Shown here: positions 1-10,994 of the stretch, in pieces
Position numbering within the stretch: position 1 is the first letter of the stretch
Layout: each line of letters starts with the position of its first letter
Virus record (IMG/VR): IMGVR_UViG_3300023174_006137
Span: 64,001 to 128,000 of that record
Direction: 5' to 3' (one strand)
Source: a virus
DNA: 64,000 nt
The notes under the pieces: generated by a model
The model's database searches: none
The model's input: only the letters and a program-made list of their open reading frames with translations
Told to the model about the DNA's origin: nothing
Position numbers and translations under genes: made by a program

Positions 1-171
1 TATAACTTAGAAAACATGCCACATATAACATACTTTGATTCTTTTGAAGATTTATTTGTGAAATTAAGCAACACTAATTTAAATGAGGTTCATATTAAGA
101 TGAAAGAAAATAATATTGAAAGAAAGAAGTTAGTTTATAATTCTTGGAAAAATATTTTAAATAAACTATGA
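1..171 (+). CDS. 3' end of hypothetical protein in glycan locus (partial)
   Basis: Frame 1 is open from the window edge (YNLENMPHITYFDSF...KNILNKL*); its TGA overlaps the next ATG. Confidence 0.6.
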   Translation, partial: YNLENMPHITYFDSFEDLFVKLSNTNLNEVHIKMKENNIERKKLVYNSWKNILNKL

Positions 172-959
172 ATATAGTAGTAGGAGATACTTCACAACTG
201 GCATACTTTTTTCCTGATAATTTTATAAAAATATCTTCAAGAAATATTAATATAGGTAATCAAAATTTTGATACAGTTTATCTAACATTTGCCGAACAAA
301 GAACATTTAATAAAAATTTGTCTGAAAGTGATTTTATAGAAATAAATGTGAACTACACTACCAAAGTTATAAATGAATTATTAGATAAATCAAAAAAAAT
401 AATAATTTATGGCACTGCTGAATTATGGAATAACCATGATGGAGCAATTGATATAAATTCAAAAATAGATTATAAATATTCATTTTATGTAAAATCTAAA
501 GAATTACTATATGAAAAATTATTGGAAAATAGACAAAAAAGTCTTTGGCATAATGTATTTATAATACATCCGTTTAATTTTAATTCTCTTAAAAGAAAAG
601 AAGGTTTTTTATTTCATAAAATTTATGATTCGCTTATTAATAATAAAATTAATAATGTTGGTTATTTAGATATAAATCGTGATATTATACACACTAGTTT
701 TTTAGCTAAACAATCATTAATTTGTAACGAAGATTGTTTAGTTGGCTCAGGTAAATTAACTAATATAAAAAATTTTATAACTAATTTATTTGGAAAATTT
801 AATAAACATTATGAAGATTTTCTAATAGAAGATAAAAACGCTTTCTCATTTCACAAAGGAAATGAGTTTTACTTAAAAAGTAATATCATTTATAATAATC
901 TATTAAATGATACAATTTATGAAATAAATCAGTTACATGAAGCATATAAAATTAGTTAA
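168..959 (+). CDS. NAD-dependent epimerase/dehydratase-like protein
   Basis: N-terminal IVVGxxSQL, SDR-type YxxSK motif, RD motif; sugar-locus context. Confidence 0.6.
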   Translation: MNIVVGDTSQLAYFFPDNFIKISSRNINIGNQNFDTVYLTFAEQRTFNKNLSESDFIEINVNYTTKVINELLDKSKKIIIYGTAELWNNHDGAIDINSKIDYKYSFYVKSKELLYEKLLENRQKSLWHNVFIIHPFNFNSLKRKEGFLFHKIYDSLINNKINNVGYLDINRDIIHTSFLAKQSLICNEDCLVGSGKLTNIKNFITNLFGKFNKHYEDFLIEDKNAFSFHKGNEFYLKSNIIYNNLLNDTIYEINQLHEAYKIS

Positions 960-2103
960 TGATACAATAAACTCAGAAGATATTTCTGAATTGATAGAAT
1001 GGTTAAAAACAAATCCTAAACTTACAAAGGGTAATCTTACTGTTCGGTTTGAAGATGAGTGGTCAAAATGGTTAAACAGAAAATATTCTGTTTTCTTAAA
1101 TTCAGGTTCTTCTGCCAATTTAGCTATGATTTACAGTCTTTTAATCTCAAAAAAATTAAAAAATAATAAAATAATTTTACCTACTGTATCTTGGGTTACT
1201 ACTGTAACTCCTGCCATGCATTTTGGAATGGAGCCAATACTTTGTGAATGTGATAAAGATACACTAGGTGTAGATATAGAATATTTGGAAGATTTGTTTA
1301 AAAAACACAATCCGTCAATACTAATGATAGTACATGTGTTAGCATTTCCTAATAAAATGGCAGAAATTATTAATTTGTGTAATCAATATGATGTTATCTT
1401 GCTAGAAGATTCTTGTGAATCAATCGGTTCAACATACAATGATGTTAAAACAGGCAATTTTGGATTAATGAGTTCTTTCTCTTTTTACTACGGTCATCAT
1501 ATGTCAACTATTGAAGGTGGTATGGTTTCCACGGATAATGAAGAATTATATAATATATTATTATCAATAAGAGCGCATGGGTGGGATAGAGATTTTAATA
1601 AAGAATTACAAAATGATTTTAGAACAAAAAATAATGTAACAGATTTTAAAGCATTATATACATTTTATTATCCTGGATTTAATTTAAGATCTACTGATTT
1701 GCAAGCATTTATTGGATTAAATCAAATAAAAAAAATTGATAATTTTTCTAAAATTAGAAATAAAAATTATCAAATATATAATTCAAAAATTAAAAATAAT
1801 TTTTGGAAAATTAAAAAATTAGATAATTGTTTTTATTCTAATTTTGCATATCCAATAATAACACCAAATATTGAAAATCTTTCACAAGAACTTATTAAAA
1901 ATAATGTCGAGTGTCGTCCTTTGGTTTGTGGTTCAATAGGATTACAACCATTTTGGAAAAATTATTATGGACAACAAAATTTTAATTTTGGTGATATAGT
2001 CCATAATTATGGACTGTATTTGCCTAATAATCAAGATATAAAAGAACAAGAAATTGATTTTATATGCGATATTGTTAATAAATATACTAATTATGAAATT
2101 TAA
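937..2103 (+). CDS. DegT/DnrJ-family PLP enzyme, ColD-like (GDP-4-keto-6-deoxymannose 3-dehydratase)
   Basis: NSGSSAN, EDSCES, SFYYGHHMSTIEGG (His at the usual Lys position), HGWDR. Confidence 0.75.
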   Translation: MKHIKLVNDTINSEDISELIEWLKTNPKLTKGNLTVRFEDEWSKWLNRKYSVFLNSGSSANLAMIYSLLISKKLKNNKIILPTVSWVTTVTPAMHFGMEPILCECDKDTLGVDIEYLEDLFKKHNPSILMIVHVLAFPNKMAEIINLCNQYDVILLEDSCESIGSTYNDVKTGNFGLMSSFSFYYGHHMSTIEGGMVSTDNEELYNILLSIRAHGWDRDFNKELQNDFRTKNNVTDFKALYTFYYPGFNLRSTDLQAFIGLNQIKKIDNFSKIRNKNYQIYNSKIKNNFWKIKKLDNCFYSNFAYPIITPNIENLSQELIKNNVECRPLVCGSIGLQPFWKNYYGQQNFNFGDIVHNYGLYLPNNQDIKEQEIDFICDIVNKYTNYEI

Positions 2104-2884
2104 TGAATTTAACTTTACTGATAAAGATATAATAACAACAGATGGTTATTTAGATTTTTGTCTGAGTAATAATATATGTTATGTCAAAACTGATTTTTTT
2201 TATTTAAATCAACAATTTAATTGGAGAGGAGAAGTACATCCAAAATTTTTAAATAAAAATATAGTAATAGGACACTCAGATTATCCTATTGTAGATGAAA
2301 TATCGTTACGTTTTGATAAAGTATTATGTATAAATAAAGTTTCTAAAAATAAAAATACATTAGGAATGCCACTTGGTATTTGTAACGATACAGATGAATC
2401 AGAGTTACATAGAATATTTGGTAATAAAAATTGCTTAATAGAAACTAAAGATAAAAATATAGAAAAGAAAAATATAGTTTATCTAAATTTTAATATAGGT
2501 AATTTCACAAGTGAAAGAAAATTAGTTTTTGATTTATTTAACAATAAAGATTTTGTATTAAAAACAGAAATTGAACATAGTTTTGAGGGTAGAAAAAAAT
2601 ACTTAGAAGAAATAAAATCTTCAAAATTTGTATTGTGTCCCAGAGGAAACGGAATAGACACCCACAGAATATGGGAAACTTTATATATGGGTAGTATACC
2701 AATTGTTAAATATGAAGATGCTCACGAATTATTTACTGATTTGCCAATTTTATTTATAAAAGAATGGTCTTTTTTAAATAAAAATTTTTTAGAAGATAAA
2801 TACACAGAAATTATAAATAGTGATTGGAATTTAGATAAATTAAAGCAAAGTTATTGGAATAATTTCATAATAAATAATATGTAA
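2093..2884 (+). CDS. Exostosin (GT47)-like glycosyltransferase
   Basis: SKFVLCPRGNGIDTHRIWETLYMGSIPIV; start set at ATG 2093. Confidence 0.75.
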   Translation: MKFNEFNFTDKDIITTDGYLDFCLSNNICYVKTDFFYLNQQFNWRGEVHPKFLNKNIVIGHSDYPIVDEISLRFDKVLCINKVSKNKNTLGMPLGICNDTDESELHRIFGNKNCLIETKDKNIEKKNIVYLNFNIGNFTSERKLVFDLFNNKDFVLKTEIEHSFEGRKKYLEEIKSSKFVLCPRGNGIDTHRIWETLYMGSIPIVKYEDAHELFTDLPILFIKEWSFLNKNFLEDKYTEIINSDWNLDKLKQSYWNNFIINNM

Positions 2885-2887
2885 CAT

Positions 2888-3643
2888 ATGAATGATAATA
2901 TCGGAATAGGAATTATGACTTCTATAAATTTAAAGGAAAGATTTACAGCCTGTAAAAATACTTGGCTTAGAGATTTTAGTAATGTTTATTTATTTGGAGG
3001 AAATATACCATGTGATGGATTGATTTCTATAAAAGAAGCTGGAGAAGATTGGTCTAGTGCGTTATTGAAACAACAATTAGGATTAAAATATATGTATGAA
3101 GATAATCCTAATTATGATTGGTATAGTATATCTGGATGTGATAATATCCTTTTTAAAAATAGAGTTATTAATGAGTTAAATAAATTTAATCCTAACACAG
3201 ATTTATTAATATCACAACCTTGTGGATTATGGAATGATTATCCACAAATACATGAAATAAATTCATCAAAAAATGATGGTATAAATTTTAGAGCAATCGC
3301 TGGTGGTGCTAGTTTTTTCATAAGTAACTCGTTGATGAAAAAATGTTATTATATAATTGATCAATTTAATAAAAAATGGAATAATATATCTGGTAGTAAT
3401 TATGGTTGCTCTGATGTAGCACTATCTTATATGTTAAAATTGTACTTTGATATAGAAGTAACCCATTCTCCATATATGCTAAGCCAGAATATTGAACATT
3501 ATCAGGGTGCAATTATGGGCGATGAAAACTCGAAATGGTACTTAGATTTTCCAATTTCGTTGTCAGAAGCTATAAAAAGCCCAATTAGTCTACATTATAT
3601 AAAACCAGAAAAAATGGAAGAAATTTATAAAAAATATATTTAA
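2888..3643 (+). CDS. Fringe/GT31-like glycosyltransferase
   Basis: CKNTW, DWY, GGASFFIS, DVALS, ISLHYIKP motifs. Confidence 0.6.
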   Translation: MNDNIGIGIMTSINLKERFTACKNTWLRDFSNVYLFGGNIPCDGLISIKEAGEDWSSALLKQQLGLKYMYEDNPNYDWYSISGCDNILFKNRVINELNKFNPNTDLLISQPCGLWNDYPQIHEINSSKNDGINFRAIAGGASFFISNSLMKKCYYIIDQFNKKWNNISGSNYGCSDVALSYMLKLYFDIEVTHSPYMLSQNIEHYQGAIMGDENSKWYLDFPISLSEAIKSPISLHYIKPEKMEEIYKKYI

Positions 3644-3646
3644 AAC

Positions 3647-4342
3647 ATGATTGTAATAGCTACAAATAATAGTTGCGTTGAGAGAATATGTAGGGGCGAA
3701 AATATACCTAGAAAAAATTTTTTAGATTCGGTGTTAAAATCAATTAATAACATTGATTATAATGGTAAAGTGTTAGTTGTTGACACAGGTTCAACAGATG
3801 CGGAAAGTATAGATTTTTTAGAATTGTTAAAAGAAAAGGAATTTAATTTTAATTTGAAAATAGATAGGATTACACAATCTTTTCCAATGAATGCATATAT
3901 GTATGCATTTGAAAATTATGATTGTGATGAATATATTTTCATACAAGATTCAATAGAAATAAAAAATAAAGAATTTATTGAGGTAATCAATAATTCATTA
4001 AATGAAAATAATTTAATATGTTGGGTAGTGTGTTCAACTTGTGGATTTGATACCGAAGAACAAAAACAATTTGTTGTTAATGCAACTGGTGGTAGTGTTT
4101 ATGATAAATTAATTTTTGGTCCAATGTTTTTTGGTAAAAAAAATATTATAAAAAAATTATTTAACCAAATAAAAATAAAACCTTCTATTAAAAGCGAAGA
4201 AAGTGGTATGGAAAGAGGACTTGGTGTATTATGCAAAATGAATAATATTGATATAATACCAATAGATGGTGAATATAATTTTTATGCAATGGTAAATAAT
4301 TCATATAAATATATAACAAAATATCACGCAGATAGAAAATGA
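3647..4342 (+). CDS. GT-A fold (GT2-like) glycosyltransferase
   Basis: VLVVDTGSTD and YIFIQDS. Confidence 0.6.
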   Translation: MIVIATNNSCVERICRGENIPRKNFLDSVLKSINNIDYNGKVLVVDTGSTDAESIDFLELLKEKEFNFNLKIDRITQSFPMNAYMYAFENYDCDEYIFIQDSIEIKNKEFIEVINNSLNENNLICWVVCSTCGFDTEEQKQFVVNATGGSVYDKLIFGPMFFGKKNIIKKLFNQIKIKPSIKSEESGMERGLGVLCKMNNIDIIPIDGEYNFYAMVNNSYKYITKYHADRK

Positions 4343-5034
4343 AAATATGTATTCTATATACTGGACAAATTAGAATAAATGAAATAGAAAAAAATATTAA
4401 TTTTTTAATGGATGATGAAAATGAATATTTTATTCTTTTAAATACTTGGAATGATCAAGATGTGAGCGAATTTAAAAATATTTTTAGTAATTCAATAATT
4501 AAATTTAATGAACGTCCTACGGATGATTTGGTTAATAAAATCTCAGAAAATGCTAATATTGTTTACCCTAATTGTTATATAAATCCATTTTATAATTATA
4601 CTTGTAGTTTATACATAAAATATAAATCTATCGAATTTTTAGAAGAAATTAATATTGCTTTTGATGTTATAGTTATATTGAGGACAGATACTAAATTATG
4701 GAAAAATATTTCTTATTTATATAAAAATATAGAAGATAATAGTATATATACGCCGATTGGTCCAACATTTGATATATCAGGTGATGTTCTTTACGGTCAA
4801 AATTCTTGTTCCGATGTAATATTTTTTGGAAAACCAGAAACTATAAAATTAGCTTTAAACCAAATAAATAATATCGATGTAACTAAATATAATGGCAATT
4901 ATATTCATCCAGAAACAAGTTTATGTAACTACTTTAAATATTTAAATTTAAATATAGTAAGATGTCAATTTGATGCTTTTTTAGTACCAAGAGATGGAAA
5001 TCATGAATTAATAGGTTATAATTTTATATTATGA
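4339..5034 (+). CDS. Putative glycosyltransferase
   Basis: MKICILYTGQIR...DVIVILRTD...DVIFFG...HPET pattern, shared with the N-domain of 6976..8409. Confidence 0.5.
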   Translation: MKICILYTGQIRINEIEKNINFLMDDENEYFILLNTWNDQDVSEFKNIFSNSIIKFNERPTDDLVNKISENANIVYPNCYINPFYNYTCSLYIKYKSIEFLEEINIAFDVIVILRTDTKLWKNISYLYKNIEDNSIYTPIGPTFDISGDVLYGQNSCSDVIFFGKPETIKLALNQINNIDVTKYNGNYIHPETSLCNYFKYLNLNIVRCQFDAFLVPRDGNHELIGYNFIL

Positions 5035-6236
5035 TAGTAGATTTAAAAGAAAGACTAATAAAAAACTATTTACCTGCGGATGAGAATGGCAGAGAAATTA
5101 ATTTATATAAACTAAAAAATGTATCACCATATGGTGATACATTTTATCCAAATTGTCTATTTAATGATGAACAAGGCAATATATTTAATCCGTCAAGTGA
5201 GAAAGTAATGTCATTGAATGGTATTACTTTTATAAATAAAAATCAAAAAAATGAAATTATAAACAAAGAAGAAACACCATTATTTTTCTTTATTTATAAC
5301 ACTGATAATTATTATCATTTTGTTTATGATTCTTTGCCTTATTTAATCACTTTTTTAGATTTAAAAGAAAAAGTGTCAAATATTAAATTATTAATGAATT
5401 ATCCAAATTTTACTAAAACAGAATTTTATAAATTCATTATCGAGTTTTTAAATTTATTGAATATAAGTATGGATGATATATTGATAATAGATAAAAACAC
5501 AATTTATAGCGAAATTTATATATCTTCATCATATACTCATGATATAGATTCAAATTTACCACCAAGAAAAGAAATATATGATTTTTACCAATCAATAGTT
5601 AAAAACATAAAACAAAATTATACAAATACTAAAGATTTGCCAAAAAAGATATATATATCCAGAAGAACATGGATACATGGTGACACTTCAAATATAGGAA
5701 CAAATTATACTACTCGTAGAAAATTAATAAATGAGGATGATTTAGTTGATACATTGAAAAAATATGGATTTAAAGAAATTTTTACTGAAAATTTAGGCAC
5801 TATAGAAAAAATATTATTATTTAATAATGCAGATATAGTAATTGGTCCAATAGGTGGTGGATTATGTAATGTTTTATTTTCTAAAAAAGATTGTAGATTG
5901 ATATCAATAAACTCTCCGACATTTATGGATATAAATAAAAGATTTAAATATTGTTTTTCTAATATTAATACAGACTACTTTGATGAAACGGAGCACATAG
6001 AAAAAAATATTTGGAAAAAATGGATGCGTGTAAAATCTGGTAATATAGTTGGAGAAATAGAAAATGTAGAAGAGGAATATATAGACGTGATGTATACTGA
6101 CGAATCAATTGCTGGATGGAATAATGGTATCAATTATAAAAAAATTAAATTAAAAAAACAAGATTCTACGCCATTAGATAATGGGTTAAACTCAAATTGG
6201 ATTGTAGATATAAAAAAATTGATTTCTTATATATGA
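5031..6236 (+). CDS. GT61-family glycosyltransferase
   Basis: NYYHF, KIYISRR, RKLINE, ADIVIGPIGGGLCNVLF. Confidence 0.75.
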   Translation: MIVDLKERLIKNYLPADENGREINLYKLKNVSPYGDTFYPNCLFNDEQGNIFNPSSEKVMSLNGITFINKNQKNEIINKEETPLFFFIYNTDNYYHFVYDSLPYLITFLDLKEKVSNIKLLMNYPNFTKTEFYKFIIEFLNLLNISMDDILIIDKNTIYSEIYISSSYTHDIDSNLPPRKEIYDFYQSIVKNIKQNYTNTKDLPKKIYISRRTWIHGDTSNIGTNYTTRRKLINEDDLVDTLKKYGFKEIFTENLGTIEKILLFNNADIVIGPIGGGLCNVLFSKKDCRLISINSPTFMDINKRFKYCFSNINTDYFDETEHIEKNIWKKWMRVKSGNIVGEIENVEEEYIDVMYTDESIAGWNNGINYKKIKLKKQDSTPLDNGLNSNWIVDIKKLISYI

Positions 6237-6976
6237 AATTTATATTTTTTACACATACAGAATATTCACATTTATGGAATATTATGTTACATTTTATTGA
6301 AATTAATAAAATAGATGCAATACTGGCAATTAATGAACCATCTGATTTTTTTATGGATAAAAAAATACAAACTATAATTTATCCACAAGATACTTACGCA
6401 AATAAAGTAAAATTCATAATATCAAAAATTGATGATGATTATTTCGTGTGGAATCATGATATATTTTTAATGATTAGTATAAATATGAATTTATTAGAAA
6501 CTTTAAAAAATATTATGATACAAAAAAATATTGATAAAATATCGATGCATGGTTATGATAATTACACCTATGATATCATTACTGTCAATGAACAAATAGA
6601 TATAGTTAGAAATAAAGATTTTTTTCTATATTCAGTAGGACCAGCTATTTGGAAAAAATCTACTTTAATAGACGTGATGAGTACATTTTCTAATAGGACA
6701 TATAGAGATATTGAAAATAATGATGTTCAAGATTATATGAATAAAAATTATATAATTTACCAAATATGTGCTAACAAAGAAGATGATATTTATCATTGGC
6801 ATCACTATTTTAATAAAAATTTCCAAATATGCCAAATATTTAATGGCGGAAAACTTGTTAATTTTGATTTAGGTAATAATAAAAATTATATATCAGATTA
6901 TAAAAGTTTAATATTTGATTATTTAGATAAAAATAAAATAGAAATTAATCAAACAAAAAGTTTTGAAAGAAGTTAA
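6233..6976 (+). CDS. Putative glycosyltransferase
   Basis: Operon context; YSVGPAIWKKSTL segment; start set at ATG 6233. Confidence 0.4.
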   Translation: MKFIFFTHTEYSHLWNIMLHFIEINKIDAILAINEPSDFFMDKKIQTIIYPQDTYANKVKFIISKIDDDYFVWNHDIFLMISINMNLLETLKNIMIQKNIDKISMHGYDNYTYDIITVNEQIDIVRNKDFFLYSVGPAIWKKSTLIDVMSTFSNRTYRDIENNDVQDYMNKNYIIYQICANKEDDIYHWHHYFNKNFQICQIFNGGKLVNFDLGNNKNYISDYKSLIFDYLDKNKIEINQTKSFERS

Positions 6977-8409
6977 TGAAAGCAGCATTATTAATATCAG
7001 GATATATAAGAACATTTAAAGATAATTTACCAAATTTAAAAAAACAAATTTTAGATAAATTTGATGATTTAGATATTTATATACATGTTACAAAAAATAG
7101 CAATAAAGATGACAAATATTTAAATATTGGTAGTGATATTGAAGAAATTGATAAAATTCTTAATCCTGTTTGTTTATTACATGAAGATAATATTGAATTA
7201 TCAGAGGATAAATTAATTAATAATACGCTTAATTTATGGTTTAAATATTATAAGCTTAATAACATAAGAAAAAATAACGAATTAATAAAAGGTGAATATG
7301 ATATAATAATAAAATATCGCCCAGATTTAAATATTATATCAGATGGTGTATTTACTACTGATATATCAAAAAATATAATTTATATGCCAGAAGATTCAAA
7401 AATAGATAAATCTAAATTGGTAAATAAAGATGATAAATACTTATGTGATGTATTTGCTTTTGGAAATTCGTCAGTTATGAACACATACCTAAATATTTAT
7501 GAAAAATTAGAACAACTTATAGCCAAATATAAAACACATGTTTCCGAAACATTATTATATAATTATATTAATGAAAATAATTTAAAATATGAATTATTAC
7601 CAATCGATTACAATTTATTATTATCGAGATGTAATATATTTGCTATTGCTGGCGATTCTGGTAGTGGTAAAACAACTCTTGGTACTATACTACAAAAGTA
7701 CTTTACTAATTCATTTATATTAGAATGTGATAGATATCATAAGTGGGAAAGAAAAGATAATAATTGGAGCAAATATACACATTTAAATCCAGAAGCTAAT
7801 TATCTATGTAAAATGAATAAAGATATATATGATTTAAAAATTGGTAAAACAATATATCAAGTTGACTATGATCATTCAAGTGGAAAATTTACACAACCAG
7901 AAAAAATAAATAGTTCAGACAATATAATTGTAAGTGGATTACATTCTTTATATAATAATGATGACAATATTTATAATTTAAAAATATTTATAGACACTGA
8001 TTTAACTTTAAAATATACTTGGAAAATAAAAAGAGATATTGTTAAAAGGGGATATTCAAAAGAGAAAATTATAGAACAGATAGAAAATAGGAAAGAGGAT
8101 TATCTAAAATATATTTTACCACAAAAAGAAAACTCTGATATAATAATAAATTTCTTTACAGATAAACCTTTTGATATAGATAATTTAGAAGATAATTTAG
8201 ATATTAAATTAAAAATTTTAATTAATAAAAAATTTGATATCAAATCAATATTAAATAATTTTCTCGATGTTGGTATAAATTTTAAATTAAGCAGAAATGA
8301 TAATTTTAACGAGGTTGTATTCACACAATATCAATATAAAATATTGGATTTGAAATTAAATAATAATAATTATTATGACTATATTTTATATTTCATATTA
8401 AACTTATAA
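6976..8409 (+). CDS. Fusion: glycosyltransferase-like domain + phosphoribulokinase/uridine-kinase-like domain
   Basis: N-half LLISGYIR/IIIKYRPD/DVFAFG/SET; C-half IAGDSGSGKTT, DRYHKWER, GLH, KIKRDIVKRG. Confidence 0.7.
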   Translation: MKAALLISGYIRTFKDNLPNLKKQILDKFDDLDIYIHVTKNSNKDDKYLNIGSDIEEIDKILNPVCLLHEDNIELSEDKLINNTLNLWFKYYKLNNIRKNNELIKGEYDIIIKYRPDLNIISDGVFTTDISKNIIYMPEDSKIDKSKLVNKDDKYLCDVFAFGNSSVMNTYLNIYEKLEQLIAKYKTHVSETLLYNYINENNLKYELLPIDYNLLLSRCNIFAIAGDSGSGKTTLGTILQKYFTNSFILECDRYHKWERKDNNWSKYTHLNPEANYLCKMNKDIYDLKIGKTIYQVDYDHSSGKFTQPEKINSSDNIIVSGLHSLYNNDDNIYNLKIFIDTDLTLKYTWKIKRDIVKRGYSKEKIIEQIENRKEDYLKYILPQKENSDIIINFFTDKPFDIDNLEDNLDIKLKILINKKFDIKSILNNFLDVGINFKLSRNDNFNEVVFTQYQYKILDLKLNNNNYYDYILYFILNL

Positions 8410-8430
8410 TATCTTTATAATATAAACATT

Positions 8431-9108
8431 ATGTTTAATAAATGTGAGACAGATTTGATAAAATTATCTGAAAATGTAGCCAAATATTGTGTTGGCATGG
8501 AAGGTAATATATCAGGTAAAGTTGGTAATGGGCTTTTGATAAAAGCTAGCGGAGCAAAATTAAACTGTTTATCTAAAAAAGATTTAGTTTTGTTTGATTT
8601 TAAAGGATTACAATTATCAAATTTTGATAATAAAGGTAGTATGGAATTAGAATTCCATATACATTTAATGGAGTTTGAGGATATTAATTACATATCGCAT
8701 ACTCATCCAACAAATACAATAAAAATTCTATGTAGTACAGAATATAGTAAACTTTTTTCTGAAAAAAGATTATTTCCTGATCAAGTTATTTTTAATGGGA
8801 AAAAATCTTGTTTTATACCATACGCTAAACCAGGAAGCGATTTAAATGTTGTTATTAAAAAATGTATTACTTCATTCATAGAAATAGAAAAATTTTTTCC
8901 TAAATTAATTTTATTAGAAAATCATGGAATAATTGCTTGTGGTAAAACTGTTGATGAGTGTGTAATTATAACTGAAATTTGTGAAAAAGCAGCTGAAATT
9001 TTCATAGGTGCAAAAATGTTAGGTGATATTAAATTTTTAACGGATAAAGAGATAAATGACTTAACTAATGATAAAAAAGAAAAATATAGACAAAATTTAT
9101 TAAAATGA
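8431..9108 (+). CDS. Class II aldolase/adducin-family protein
   Basis: EGNISGK, SMELEFH, HTHP, LENHG. Confidence 0.85.
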   Translation: MFNKCETDLIKLSENVAKYCVGMEGNISGKVGNGLLIKASGAKLNCLSKKDLVLFDFKGLQLSNFDNKGSMELEFHIHLMEFEDINYISHTHPTNTIKILCSTEYSKLFSEKRLFPDQVIFNGKKSCFIPYAKPGSDLNVVIKKCITSFIEIEKFFPKLILLENHGIIACGKTVDECVIITEICEKAAEIFIGAKMLGDIKFLTDKEINDLTNDKKEKYRQNLLK

Positions 9109-9398
9109 AAGTAATATACGTTGATATAGATGAAACAATATGTGAGACACCTCAGCCACGAAATTATTTTAATGCTAAACCTATTAAAAAGAACATTGAA
9201 AAAATAAATAAATTGTATGATGAAGGTCATACAATTGTATATTGGACAGCAAGAGGAAGTAGAACACAAATTGATTGGTATAAATTAACCAAAACACAAT
9301 TAGACGAATGGGGAGCTAAATATCATGAATTAAATTGTAAAAAACCTTACTATGATGTATTCATAGATGATAAAACATTACGCATTGAAGAAATATGA
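9105..9398 (+). CDS. HAD-superfamily (capsule-type) phosphatase
   Basis: DIDETIC, WTARG, KP..D..IDDK. Confidence 0.8.
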   Translation: MKVIYVDIDETICETPQPRNYFNAKPIKKNIEKINKLYDEGHTIVYWTARGSRTQIDWYKLTKTQLDEWGAKYHELNCKKPYYDVFIDDKTLRIEEI

Positions 9399-9865
9399 AA
9401 TTAATATCACATAGAGGAAATATGATAGGCCCAAATATAGATCGTGAAAATTCGCCATCTTATATAGATACAGCAATATCAGCTGGATATGATGTTGAAA
9501 TTGATATTCGTTATATCAATAATAAGTTTTATTTAGGACATGACACACCAGATTATGAGGTTACAGAAAATTGGTTACATAAAAGAAAAGATAAATTATG
9601 GATTCATTGTAAAAATTTAGAAGCTGCGAATATTTTATCAGAAATGAATATGATATTTTTTTGTCATACACAAGATTCTTATGTTTTAACAAGTAATAAT
9701 TATATATGGGTACATGATTTAAAACTTAAAATTGGTATTAAAACAATAATACCATTATTGAGCGATAAAGATATTATAAATTATAACGGTGATATTGTAT
9801 ACGCTATATGTACCGATTTTATAAATTTTGCAAAATTTAATTTAAAAGAAAAAGGATTATATTAA
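9395..9865 (+). CDS. Glycerophosphodiester phosphodiesterase-like protein
   Basis: LISHRGN, ENS, DVEID, LGHD, ICTD. Confidence 0.7.
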   Translation: MKLISHRGNMIGPNIDRENSPSYIDTAISAGYDVEIDIRYINNKFYLGHDTPDYEVTENWLHKRKDKLWIHCKNLEAANILSEMNMIFFCHTQDSYVLTSNNYIWVHDLKLKIGIKTIIPLLSDKDIINYNGDIVYAICTDFINFAKFNLKEKGLY

Positions 9866-9866
9866 T

Positions 9867-10994
9867 ATGTACGAAAAAAATTATACAATAAGAAAAAAAT
9901 GCATTTTTTGTAAAAATGATTTAAATAAAGATTACTTTAAAAGTGATCTAAAAAACTATGTTGGACATTATGCTGTTGAATTAGAAGAAACAAATTTTAC
10001 AGAAATACCTTTTAATGTTTGCATATGCGAAAAATGTAATACTCCACAAATTAAATATTTAGCAGATATAAATGAAGTTTATAAAATAAATCATGCTGAT
10101 AGTACAGGAACTACAATGGTAAATTTACATAAACTAAATTTAGAATTTATTCTTAAATATCATTCATATATCAAAAATGTGATTGAAATAGGTAGTTCAA
10201 AGGGTGTTTTAGCAGATATGATTTTAGAAAATTTAAAATTAAATTACTATATAATAGAGCCAAATTTTTTCGGTGACAGAAATAATAAAATTATTATAAA
10301 TGATTTTTACGAAAATGTAAATGATGAGGAAATAGATGCTGATACCTTAATTATTTCACATGTTTTTGAACATTTTTATGAACCATTGCAAATTTTAAAT
10401 AAAATTCATAAAAATAAAAAGATTAAAAATTTCTTTTTAGTTTTTCCTGATTTGGAATATTATATTAACAATAATGTTTTACACTTATTAAATACTGAAC
10501 ATACTTATTATATAGATAATAATTTTTTAATTAATTTGTTAAAAAGTTATGGTTTCAATTTAGTTGAAAAAATTGATTATATAAATCATTCAGTTTTATT
10601 TTATTTTAGAAGAGAAACAGTTAAACAAATCCAAGATTTGGATTTTAAAAATAAAAATTATAATATTGATTTATATTTTAATCGGATTAATAAAACTGTT
10701 GAATTATTTAATTCTGTATTGGAATTAAATAATACTGTTTATTTGTGGCCTGCCTCGATACACAGTCAATATTTATTTATATTTGGATTAAATTATCAAA
10801 AATTAAAAGGGTTATTAGATAATAGCAAATTGAAAATAAATAAAAAAATATATGGTTCAAATTTAAATGTATATTCATTTTCTGATACTATTAAAAATAA
10901 TGATATTATATTTTTAATAAATGGTGGCGTTTTCTATAAAGAAATAGAAAATACTTTAAAACAAAATAATATCAAATATTATACAAATGAATAA
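9867..10994 (+). CDS. SAM-dependent (sugar C-)methyltransferase-like protein
   Basis: Two CxxC, IEIGSSKG, SHVFEH, EHTYY, LLDNS. Confidence 0.75.
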   Translation: MYEKNYTIRKKCIFCKNDLNKDYFKSDLKNYVGHYAVELEETNFTEIPFNVCICEKCNTPQIKYLADINEVYKINHADSTGTTMVNLHKLNLEFILKYHSYIKNVIEIGSSKGVLADMILENLKLNYYIIEPNFFGDRNNKIIINDFYENVNDEEIDADTLIISHVFEHFYEPLQILNKIHKNKKIKNFFLVFPDLEYYINNNVLHLLNTEHTYYIDNNFLINLLKSYGFNLVEKIDYINHSVLFYFRRETVKQIQDLDFKNKNYNIDLYFNRINKTVELFNSVLELNNTVYLWPASIHSQYLFIFGLNYQKLKGLLDNSKLKINKKIYGSNLNVYSFSDTIKNNDIIFLINGGVFYKEIENTLKQNNIKYYTNE